A stretch of DNA of 64,000 nt from Magallana gigas (taxonomy: Eukaryota). Below, one piece after another: positions 24,482 through 36,629 of the stretch; the first letter of the stretch is position 1; every line of letters starts with the position of its first letter. Under the pieces are notes generated by a model. It was not told the origin of the DNA. It saw only the letters and a list, made by a program, of their open reading frames with translations, and made no database searches. The DNA is taken from contig NC_088857.1 of assembly GCF_963853765.1 (NCBI RefSeq), positions 19,592,001 to 19,656,000 of the forward strand, given 5' to 3'. A program made the translations under genes and the position numbers.

Positions 24482-27400
24482 ATGGTCGTAGGGTCAGAAC
24501 AGAAAGCTAACCCAGCCGATGTTGTTCTGGTTGTTGAGGCCACTGCAAATCTTAGTGCCTACATTGATGTACTGAAGAAATACTACATTATTCCTTCTCT
24601 GGAGTAAGTTATCAAAAAATAAATTTGTTTTCGTTAAATTAAAAAAAAATCTGATGTTGATAGTGTCAAGACGAGTATTATTTTGATATACAAACACATC
24701 TTTTTAAAATCACATTTCTATTTCAGAGTTTTCAATGGAGGCCCTCCTGATCCAACAGACATTGGGCATGATGTAAATATCTCTATTTTGACACCTGTCA
24801 TTGTGTGTAAAACTGTAAATGAAATATTGATAAAAGATGCCTGTCTTAAGCCATATGTTGATCTTCAAAATGATTTGTTTTGCAGTACAGTTGTTCGCTA
24901 TACAATCTTGTCACATTCTTTTCGGCTGATGTTATTCCCGACACAACTTCAAGATGTTCCGGTGTAACAACAAATATTCATGAATTCATCACCTGGTTGG
25001 ATGATTTACCGTAAGATATTATAATAATTATTTATTAATCTCCATATGCAGGTAAGTCAAGGAAGATAAAAGTAAGACATAATTATTGATTGAACATCCT
25101 ATAATGTTAGGTATTGTTTAGACAAAATTCTCGCCAAAATTTTTCCTTGCTAGACTATGATCACTTAATTGCAGTAACGTTTTAAAACGTACAATTGCAA
25201 TCTATAAAAACACTTTAAATCTACATGATATAATAAAATATGTACTTTTAAAAACAACAGCTAACCAAAATTTATATGTTCTGTACATTTGTAATATATC
25301 ATGTATTCTTTTTTCCTCATATACCCTATGATTCAGTAGCTTGAGTGAATAAAAGGACGTATCCACCAGCACACATGTTTCTTGTTACAGATTAATTGGA
25401 GGAGGCGGGGAGTCGTGTAGTCACATAACAGAGGGGTTGAGTACAGCTCTACATGTTTTCGATGATCTGCAGAAAGTTCGAATAGATATTGGGTGAGACT
25501 GATTTTCTTCAGCTGTTTGTCAAATTGTCAAATAGTTTCTATCCATCTAACTTTTTTCAAACCATTATGCTTGCAGTGGACAATAAATTAATGCTCAGAT
25601 ATTTTAATGTAACCAGGTGTTATGATTTTGTAGATTACCTGTGCAGCGACACTGTATATTGGTATGCAATTCTCCTCCGTACAATCTCCCCAGCCAGGAA
25701 GGTGTTCGCTATGTGGGGTACATGGCAGACCAATTAGCCAGCATGATGGCCAAGGTTTGTACATCAAATACCGTATTTTTCGAAAATTAAGTCGATACGG
25801 TTTATTGGGCGAAGGAGGCTGTTTATAGCCAAAAAATAAAAAAAAGTATAAATAGGTCGACTTCGAAGAATTGGTCGAAAAATTACCGCTAGTTCTAATG
25901 AATAAATGGTTTAAACCAATAACGTTATCATATGGTAGCCTTTAATCTTATTTCACAGTTTTAAACAAAAGGGAAATAAAATCTATTTCTTGAAAACATC
26001 GTAAGAAAATGTCTGAAATTGCATCAAAATTTTCAAACCAATTAATTCAGTACGGCGTTTTAATTTAAGATCGTTTTTTATTACTTCCCTGCCATGTGTA
26101 CAAATTGTTGTTAACTGGGGGATAGTAACCTAGCCTGGAGGCATGACTACGGTAGCACATGCCACCCCGTGTCTCTGTGTGACTTTTTACTGTGTATATA
26201 ATTATAACACACGAGTCAAAATCTTATCTTATTGAAGCCTGCGGGCATGAGTAGCACGTGCCGAGAGTTCAACTGTGTATAAACAAAGTAAGTGTTACCC
26301 AGACTGATTTCAGAGACACCTGGCTAAAATTTCATCAGAAGTTTTATGTTGAATACACAGAAAAAAACTTGTTCATGAATTCTACTATAAAACAAATTGG
26401 TTTTTTTTTTATTTCTACCCGACGATATTTTTTCCCCGTAAATACCCTTTGTACGGTTCTCTTTTTACTTTTACTGCGCGAAATTGATTTCCTGTTTATC
26501 GTAAGCACACGATCAAAATGCATGACAGCATATAATAATGATCGAAAGATGATTCAGTCAGTGATCTAAGTAAGAAATGTAAGAAGAAATAAATCTATCT
26601 ACATTTAATTTTGTTTAAATGATAAATTACTACAGTATATTGATTAAAATCCATACGATTTTTACACAGAAATTCAAGCAGTATTATAGTAAACACTCAT
26701 GATTTTATTGGAAGGTTGCATAAATTTTTGCAAAATTTCATATCAAATTTTCCAACCAAAAAAAAAAAACATAAATTGGGCGAAGCGATGAATAGGGCGA
26801 GGTCTACGTGTTTGGAAAAAAAAGTATCGACCTAATTTCCGAAAAATACGGTATGTTAATTTGAATTAATTTGTTATGCAACATTTTTACTATTAATATC
26901 ATCAAACAAAGTCTTAATGTTCAATAATTTTTGTGGCAGTAAAGAACTATACAAGTACAGGTACATTAATAAGTTTTGTTTTTCCAATTGACAATGTTTT
27001 ATGTGGCTTTCATTTTCAGAGAGGGATACACCTTTCAATTATCTCTCCAAGAAAAATTCCAGCTCTTCAGAAGCTGTATGAAGAGGTTTGTACTGCATGA
27101 TTTAAATAAATGAATAAATTCTTCATTGACATACATGTAATTTCAACTAAAGTAGTTCATTTTTACTTTATTCAAATAAATTGAAGCTTAATGCAATCAT
27201 TAAATTTTTAGTGAACAAATCTTAGAATAAGTTGAATTATATTATATAAGAACATGTACATGTAATTGTAGAGGAAACCTTTACAATATTTGCATAACCC
27301 ATATATACTTAATAGCCTTTACAAATTGAGTATAGTGGATTAGTAGACCATTTTTATTTCTGATTTTTCTCTTTGTTTGCAGTCAACTCTACCCACAGAC

Positions 27401-30400
27401 ATGTCTGCCCCAGTCAAAGACTTCACCACAGACCCCCGCCATCTTGTGTTACTGCATGGGTTCCAACTGGAGGGTAAGCTTCATGAAACATGATAAGACT
27501 TACATTCAGTTCATATCAATAAAATAGGTCAATGTCAACAGTAAAATGATAGTTATGATACTGAAAGGATTAAAAACAATATATAATTTATCTATGCATA
27601 TTTTTTGACTTTATGTTTTCATTACAGAGAGAGCCCACAGTCCAGCTGGGGACCATGTCAACATAGAGAAGCCTGCAGAAAATAGTGAGTATAGATGAGT
27701 GTCTTTACCTTGAAATACACTGTATGTTTGAATTAAATGGCTGGTAGATTTAAACACTATAGTTCTCTGCTTATCTTCCAAGAACAAGTAGTCATTTTTT
27801 TTAACCAATTGATGTCAATTAAGAAACAAATAATTAGTTTATAACAATAAATACATGTACATTGTATCTGTAAGATTGATGAAGAATCTCCTAAATATTT
27901 ATTGCATAGATAAAAAAAATATTAAATATAAATGCATCTTTTTTTTTATCATATTCATACTTTGTAACAATTTAAATTTGATCCTTGGCATATGAATCTT
28001 GTCATGTCATCCTAATGATCCTATACTCTCATGCAGTCAAATTTAATTATGCATACCTGTGAAATGGGCTGGTTAGTAGTACATGTAGTAGCTACTAGTA
28101 CATGTATAACATCCAACTTCTGCTACATTCTTGGACTTTAATACAACATCAATTTGCCCAATTTGTGTTGACTTTAACTCTCAGTATATTTGTTTGATTT
28201 TTCAATTCATAGAAAACCCATCTAGTCCTGCACCCCCAAGCTTTGCCCCCTCCACAGGATTTTCACCAGCCCCTTCACTGAGTGAGGATTCTACAGAATT
28301 CAAAAAACCCAACACGACATCTGGTGGAACTCGTAGGTTTTATTTCCTCTCTTATTTACGTGTAATCTACTGTTACTTATGGAAAATGCAGAGTTATCAA
28401 AAAGCTGTAATTCTCTTAAAAAGGAGCAAATCCATAAATATTTTCACTGCAATTTTATTTATATTCAAAGAGGTCAATTTTTATGAAGTTTATGAAATAC
28501 AGTTTAGAGGACAAGTAAATATGTTGACAATGACTATACAAATACAATTTGCACCAGTATCCCCTTAAAAACTGGTGCTTAATGAATAGTAATTATAACC
28601 ACAGTATCCTACTTATGTATGCACTTCAATAGTAGCTAGTACATGTACATATGTTTTACAGCATTCGGTACACAAGACTCCATTGCATCCAGTATGCCAT
28701 CTTTGCCATCTCCACAGCAACCTCAAATGAGCCAGCCATCCCCCTCCCAAGGAATCTCCATGCAGCACAGTCCAGCAATGCCACAGATGCAGCAGAACCC
28801 GCCTCAGCAACAACCCCAACAACAACCAATGGTATCACAGCCCCAAGTAACCAATCAAATGCCACCACAGTCTCAGTATGATCCAATGAAAATGGTGGGT
28901 TCACATTGGTAGATCTCATAATGTAATAGAGTTAAAATCTAAGTGAAAATGTAATCAAAACATTAAGAGGTGCTCCAATTTGCACACAATTTTGCCCTTA
29001 ATATTCACTTTTATTTTTTTTTTAAGCAGAACATGATGCCGAATGACATGCAGAATAGGAGCACAGGTAATAGTTTCCATCAAATTACTTGTACATGTAA
29101 ATAAAATTATGAAGTATAAAATGTTAAGTAGTGATTTACATGTGTAGGTTCTGGCTATTAAATTGTATTCATATCGCAAAAATCAAATTTTTAATTTTAA
29201 ATCAGAACACGTCCTTGCACTACATCTTAGCTTCTTCTAGCGTGATGGAGATACTGACTGGCAGATATAAGAAAATCTAGATGATAGTTCATGCTCCAAA
29301 TTAAAAGTTGTAAATGTTAAAAAAAACCCACTGAAAACCAAGGTGAAATTCCTTCATGCAATAAAGCTCCTTTTTCAGTTGGCACCAAGTACTGTAAAAG
29401 TGGTTATTTACGTGTCGAGGAAATTTACACTAGTTAAAATTGCGGATAATACCCATGGGCATATATAGTAAAAAAAATTAAACTTTAGAGTGGTTAATCA
29501 TGCTTTCGCATAGTTAATATCCACGCCTATTGTTTGACTTTACAAAACGCGTACTTAACCACCGGCATAAATAAATACTTCTACAGTATTCCTAACACAA
29601 ACATACATGTACATGTACATGGACTTTGCCACATGATGTTTGTAGTTTATTAAGTTAGATGTATTTTCAGCAATGGCCACCAATCCCATCAACCAACCCG
29701 TGTTTTCCCAGCCCACGATGGATCAACAACCCAATGTGAACATGCCCGCACAGCCCGGTCAGCCCAACCCGATGAAGGACAGGAAAATCATCTGGCAAGG
29801 GATCCTTGAGTGGCAGGAGAAGATGAAGGCGGGGGGACCCCAGACCCCCAAAGTCAACCGCCAGCTCCAGTGTCACCTGTCCATAGGTCAGGCCGACCCA
29901 GATATGTAAGCAACACTCTGGATTTCTACAAGCATAAATAATTTTAGTTTAGACCATAAAGCATTTGCTCATCATGAAAAAAATATTACAGGTCTAGTGA
30001 ACATGCACGCATTTACATGTATATACCTTTCTTATCTACAAAAAAGAAAAAGATGTATTCCATTCCACACAGAAAGACAAATAAAATTACTAAATGTAAT
30101 GTCATAAGATGATTCTTTCATTAACTAAGTGAATTGATTGTCATGTATATGTACATTATTGTATACCGGTATTCAAACTAAGATGACTATAATTGTACTT
30201 CTAAATTTGATACTAAAATTAACAATTTAAAAAAAAGATCTGAGGGAGACAATGCTTAATTAAACATATGTCCCATGTACTGGTATATTTACGTTCACAA
30301 TCATACTCAGATGCTCCGGGATGTCAGTGGATGAAATGCATACAGTAAAACTTTGTTACCGGTATCTATTTTTAGTCAGGGTCATGTTCATCCATCTTTA

Positions 30401-33205
30401 ATCATGTAAAGCAATGATCTTCATTTGACAGATTTCCACCCAAAATGTTTTTAAGAAATGTGATTTTTTGTAACTTCTCTTCGATGTTCACAGTGTAATA
30501 TTTTGAACTGAGCAGACTTCACTTGTTCAACAGAATTTCTCGGTTTCAACCACAACACAATAAACCCTTGTTCCTGTTAAGGATTGCCAATTTTATTTTA
30601 CAAATGAATCTTAAAACTTAATCTATTTCCTTCATATTTCCAGAAATGCCATGAACTGGCCGAAGGTCCTGATAATGCAGTTGATCCCCCAGTCCCTGTT
30701 GAACTCCACTCAGCTGCAGCCTCTCTTTAAAAACTCCCGCCAGGTGGCCTTCCACTTTGGCAGTCAGAACCTTGACGACCTAAGGAATCTGTACAAAGTC
30801 ATGGGCACTGGTTTTGTAAGTTCACTCTTTTACGATGATTTCATTGATACATGTGTAAAAGTGCATTGGATTTTATGCATATGGTTTAGTGGCAATAGAT
30901 TTTTGGCTAGTAACTGGGCACTACATCTGCAATATTAATGTGATTTGTAAGGAAAATAAAAGAATTGAAAAATACCGGTAATCTCAGCCATTGATTAATT
31001 TAATACAAAGCTACAATGTAAATGTATGCATATACTGTAGCCTATTGGTACAATGTATGTTTGATAAAAGCTATTCAAGAGATCATGTCATCTTTATTCA
31101 GGATGTCACAAAAATTTTGACCACCCGTGGAAATATACATGTACCGGTACATTGTACATTGTGATTTTGGACTGACTTTTCATTGTAGGCTGGTTGTGTA
31201 CACTTTCCAGCTGGGAGTCAGTGTGAGGTTCGCGTATTACTGTTGTTGTTCAGCAACAAAAGAAGAGCCTTTATTGGACTTATCCCCAATGACCAGACTG
31301 CGTTTGTTAACGGGATAAGGAGTGTTATCTACTCCCACAAAATCAGGGTCAGTATTATAATTTATCAGTGCATACATTTTGAAAAAATTGATTTTACTTT
31401 AAACCAGCTTTAATTCAAAAAGTGGTAAACTGGTTCCCCAAACTAATTTTCACCGAAACCAGCAAGAAAACATTTACCATATTAAACTATTAAATGGAAA
31501 ACATCAAAGAACTAGTTCACAGCAATGAATAAGATAAAATAATGTCTTTGCCGGTAATTTGTATATAATATTGCAATAACTATTAAAAGTGTTTTGCTAG
31601 CACAATGAAATTATATTTTAAAATTTTTTCCCAGCAACAACAACAGCAGCAAAGACCGGATCAACAACCACAAATGCCACAGCAGACAGGGTTTCCTGGG
31701 CCACAGCAAACCATGCCCAACCAACCAGTGCAGAATCCCCAAGGGGCCCAATTTGGGGTAAAAATAGATAAAAGATAGATATAGGAATATGTATTTTATC
31801 ATCTTGTGACAAACATTTTAGATAAGTGCCAGAAATTTTGTTGTTGTGATGAATGAAATGGCTTTGAAACTTTATTACATGTATTTAACATTTAATCATA
31901 CTTAGGTACAACAGATGCCACAGGTTAGCATGCAGAATCCCATGATGACTCAACAACAGGCGAACATGGTAGGAAAATGTTATATTGTGATATACACAAA
32001 TTCAATGAACAATTGTTTGCATTATCAACATGCTTTTGACAATTTGTTTTATTTTAGCAAAAGCAAATGCAGGCAACACAGATAGCAAAACAGCAAGAAC
32101 AACAGAAGCTACTGGGTAAAAGCCATTCTTAGTGTATAAAGTTTAAACTACATATATTTCTGTTTGACAGTTTATATCAACAATAACCTGTCTAAGTACA
32201 GTATAACATCCACAATCCAGGACCATTTTATTTCTTTTCAAATCCCTCAATCCAGTTGAAAAAATAAAAGCAGCACAGTAATTCATAAGCTCTTCAAATA
32301 CATACACATGTACATGTACAACAAAATGTAACTCAGTAGTTTCTTTTTCTGATGCAGTTATATATAATTTTTACAGCACAACAAAGATTACAGCAACAAA
32401 GGCAACTCCAAATGCAACAGATGCAGCAGCAGCAACAGCAGCAGCAACAACCTGGTCTCAACAATCAGCAGCAACAACAGCTGACTCAATTGCTGATGCA
32501 ACAGGTAGAGGTTTGGGAAGGGTTGACGGTTTAACACAAATATGGACTCAAATTATGGATTGAAAGTAGTTTTCTCTTTCCAAATATATCACCAAAAAGT
32601 ATTTTTTTTTTTTTAGACATTTTTCTTCTAAATTCATTTCTCTTATTACTTGAGGAATTCTTTAAACACCCTTTACAACCTCTAAAACTGCAAAATGACA
32701 TCCCCCGTTTTTAGAAGTACATATTTGTGTACTTTATAGCTAGAGCACAAAACCATTATACTTTACTGTGTGGATTATTGATGGTGTTTAACACATGTAT
32801 ATACTGTACTAATTACAATGTACTGTTATACATTTTTTTATTTCCCATATCAAGATGAAAATAAAATTAATTGATGAAGCATCATTTGTCAAAATGCAAA
32901 ATATTACATGTGCTAGAATTTTTCATTACTTGTTTGGCCAGCCACGTATCTGATAAACGGATGGATAGACTGTACACCTTTTAAACTGACTTCAATATTT
33001 TTTGTAGCAGCAACAGGGCCAGAGACAACCCCAGATGATCATCACCCAAGGGCGAGGCGGTCAGATTCTACACCAGGGACACCAACAAGTAATGGGGGGT
33101 GGGCAGGTGCTCCAGGGAAACATGCCCCAAATGGCTCAACAGGGCCCCTCGTCCGCTCCTCAGGGGGGTAACATGTTTGATGATCTGAATATGGAATTCT
33201 TATGA
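24482..33205 (+). CDS. MED25: Mediator subunit 25 (VWA domain, ACID/PTOV domain, Gln-rich C-terminus), about 751 aa
   Basis: 19 exons: 24482-24603, 24727-24772, 24886-25010, 25391-25492, 25634-25754, 27020-27085, 27383-27473, 27628-27684, 28213-28332, 28662-28894, 29030-29066, 29671-29905, 30644-30815, 31189-31347, 31635-31757, 31906-31968, 32058-32115, 32377-32504, 33008-33205. Total 2256 nt, in frame. Motifs: [72 protein letters not shown]...FVNGIR. The short low-complexity exons are less certain. Confidence 0.95.
25771..26851. mobile_element. Non-autonomous Tc1/mariner-type element, 1081 bp, TA target-site duplication, in MED25 intron 5
   Basis: TA|CCGTATTTTTCGAAAATTAAGTCGATAC ... GTATCGACCTAATTTCCGAAAAATACGG|TA, with TIRs of about 28 bp and few mismatches. 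Confidence 0.85.
29392..29586. mobile_element. TA-flanked MITE of about 195 bp
   Basis: TA|CTGTAAAAGTGGTTATTTA ... TAAATACTTCTACAG|TA. Confidence 0.65.
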
Positions 33206-33638
33206 ACAAATGTGCTTCATTTTGTTTTTATTATATATACATGTACTTATTGATGGGACACTTGTTAAACTGTTTTTGTGCTGTGTTGATAAATCATGAA
33301 CAGAACTAATTTACTTGCATGTGCGTGTACAACTTGTATACATGCATTTACATGAGGGGAAAGGTAGACAAATTAAAAATAATTTACAGCTGTTATCTAA
33401 AATATGAATGTTTTGATGTAAATTTAATGTTTTGATGTAAATTGTGCTCCAGAATATCTCAAAATTAAATATGCTGTTTTTGTAATTTTCTTTTGACATT
33501 ATCATTAAAAATTTTCATGATTTAAAAAAAGAACATGTTCAGATATGGATGACTATGATATCAGATTGTTTAAATTGTATCATCTGCCTTGCTTTATTAT
33601 CATGTACTTAAGAAACTACTTTGTTATTTCTGTATTGC

Positions 33639-33640
<2 letters not shown>

Positions 33641-33675
<35 letters not shown>
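33641..33675. repeat. (GA)n microsatellite
   Basis: Pure GA run downstream of the MED25 stop. Similar (CT)n tracts occur at about 2393, 15303, 17720, 39716 and 47360-47420. Confidence 0.95.
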
Positions 33676-33677
<2 letters not shown>

Positions 33678-34863
33678 ATAATGTGGTTGTTTACAATACA
33701 TGTAAACTGTATGTTAATTTTTACACAGTATTTGATGTGTTAAAAATACTGAAGTATGTTGGCTTCAAGTGAAGTCACTTTAAGCTTTAAAAATGTTGTT
33801 ATGAAAATTGAAAATAATAATAAAATGTCACAATTGTGATAAAAAAAAATAAAGTGCAATATGTAGAACAATTTTGAGTTTTATTTTCATATGTATACAT
33901 GTATACTAAATACATGTATATTGTTATATTCTAAAATGTGAATTATCTACCGTAGCTCTTCTTGCATTCAAGGAAGGAAAAGAAGAGAGATAATTTAAAT
34001 GAAAATGCTAAAAAAGTTTTTTTGTTATATATTTTAAAAACTTACACTGTACACTGTACCGGTATTGTCTTTTATTCAAGTCTAAAAGTCAAAGTCTGAT
34101 AAATTTCATCTCACTGCACATATAATATGAGACTTTTATTGGCATCATTAGGGCTGCATTCAAGATCGTAGCAGCTACGCTTTTGAATGGTAAGCTAACA
34201 TAGCCACTACGTATATATTCTTAGCTGAAATATTTCATGATATTAAGCATCAATTCAAGATGGCCACTGTAGTTACCACTTAACAAGTAACATATTTTGT
34301 TCATCCTATAATTAAGTTATAATGAATATTAACATTACACAATACACAAATTATGTCAATATAATATTAATCTTAGTTAAATATTTCCAACTAAATTGGA
34401 GGCCTAGCGGTGCGTTCAATAGACCTATAGACATCTACGACCTTGTGGCTTGGATGGCTGCTATGATCTTGAATGCAACCCAGATGTGAATGCACATTTC
34501 ACATGTATGTATGTAAAGAAGACAAATTTTAACTTTTATTGCATGAAATTGATTAAAACTCAATATTTTGGCAATCAGATATGCTAAGTGTGTCTTAAAT
34601 TTACACGAGACCAAGATGAGAGATTTGATTGCATGCTACACTCGAGCCACCTTAAAATAATTGTTTGCCCTCACCTTTTATGACCCCATTTTTTTTAACA
34701 GCATGCATAATTTTTTTTTAAATTCAGTTATTTGAAGGCATGTGGTTTATTTATTTTTGTGCATTTGAAATATAAAATCAATTTCATGTACCTATCTACC
34801 TAAAGTTTAGGCACCAAAACAAAAAGTTCTCTACTTTTTATGGTACATGTATCTGCAGCTTAA

Positions 34864-35985
34864 GGTGGCTCTATACACCCACAGTTTATTCCAATTTTCA
34901 AATGAAGACCACAAAACATATATATTAACTTATCAAATATTAAAATGATGATATTTTTCAAAAGTCAACTATTAACAAATTGAGAGAATTTTTTTTGTCA
35001 TATGATGGATATTTCCTTTAGAAATCTAAAAAAAAAATATAACCACTCAAAAATGTTATTATTGCATTTTTTTTAGTATTTCCCAAAAACATAATTTTTC
35101 ATATTTTTTTACGCTGTTCACAAATCATCTGAAAAAGCTACTTGATGTTATAAGAAAATGTATTTTAATGTGACTAAAAAAAATTGAATGAAAATCATTG
35201 CAAATAAAAACAAAAGATATTTTAAATTTTATTTGGTATGAAAGTTCCTAAGGTAAGAGTTATCGTTCCTAAGTCCCCAAACACCTTGGGGACTTTTCAT
35301 TTCTGAGTTGAAGAAAATTTCCTAAATATCATGTTGGAATTATAAATACATACATATTTCATTAAAGGCCTATATAAGTGAATATACTCGCTTTAATGCA
35401 AAACTAAGTCAAATAAATAAAGGGGAAAATTAACTAATAGGATTTATGTATCCCAACCTGAGAGAAATTCAAAGCCACCCTCCCATCCCCTTAAGGTGGT
35501 AAGGAACATCTGTCGATATTAATGTGGATTAAAGTATATTATAATTGAAATACTTTGACAGGTTTTCTTTAATAGTATTCCACCAAAAAATACGTTTTAG
35601 GAAATTTTGGAAAGTTGAAAACTGTATCGTCCTCAATGGGATTCGAACCCATGGCCTACAGGTTTGAAGTGAACCCACTAACCCACAGCACTACGCTGTA
35701 TAATGTCGTTGATGGTAAAGAAACTATTTAAAAAATTATACTTGATTTTATTGTTTATTTCGATAAATAATACGACACAACATGAAGGTGTCACATACCA
35801 CATTATATACTTATAAGTAATGAATTTTCCAATTATGAAATTCAATCTATTCACTTAACAAATTTTTCAAAAGAGCGGTCCCCACACAATTCGCCTCAGT
35901 TTAAATCAGCCAGTACCGGAATTTCATGCTTTCAGATTTACTTTTTTGTGTATTGCGCCATCAAAAAGTGGTGTATAGAGCCACT
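34864..35985. mobile_element. Kolobok-like non-autonomous element, copy 1 (TTAA duplication)
   Basis: TTAA|GGTGGCTCTATACAC ... GTGTATAGAGCCACT|TTAA. It is collinear with and highly similar to 44055-45246. TTAA duplication plus TIRs starting with two purines fits Kolobok rather than piggyBac (CCC). Confidence 0.85.
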
Positions 35986-36599
35986 TTAACGGCATAGGGG
36001 AATAAATGATTGCCTCAAAATCAATCAAATATAAGGTACATGTACATGCTTGTTTAAATGTGCATGCCATACACATGTATTAAATCCACTGAACACTAAA
36101 ACTTCCATTAAAAAGAATCTTTATTAAAAATGGACTTTTAAAATGATTAAAATGTACATGTAGATTTATAAATTAAGTAACAATGTAAAATCATATTGCT
36201 TTGTGTTTGAAATATATTAATTTTTAGATTAAAATCAAAAGACAGAATAAAAAGACACAAAATAGACACTCAACATACATAAATTTTGACAGCTACCCTG
36301 TAAGGTTCATCTTACTGGTACAAAATCACTAATTCAGAACAATCAAACACTCATGTACCGGTACATGTAAAAATCACATAAAAAATCACATCTGTTAAAT
36401 ACTGTTCAAAAAATCAATTTTTTTTTTAAAAACCTGAATAATAGAAATTTATATTTTTCAACTTGTTAATCACTCAAACATAGTATGCCACATACTACAA
36501 AAGTCCTCCATGTTGATATGTTTAGACAAAGAATAGGAAAAAGAAAATGGGGTTAATGTTCACAATGGTCAACTGAAACTCGATCTTCTTTGGACTGTG

Positions 36600-36629
36600 T
36601 TACAGCTTGCTAGGGTCCCGCCCGGCTAG
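36600..36629 (-). other. Putative readthrough extension of IDH1 (X-LAGRDPSKL) ending in PTS1
   Basis: The minus strand reads AGC TGA CTA GCC GGG CGG GAC CCT AGC AAG CTG TAA. Confidence 0.8.

Noticed and set aside
35628-35700. tRNA genes here, at 44893-44964 and at 56140-56210
   Set aside because: A and B boxes are present but acceptor and anticodon stems do not pair properly, and the first two lie inside repeated elements, so they are tRNA-derived repeats.
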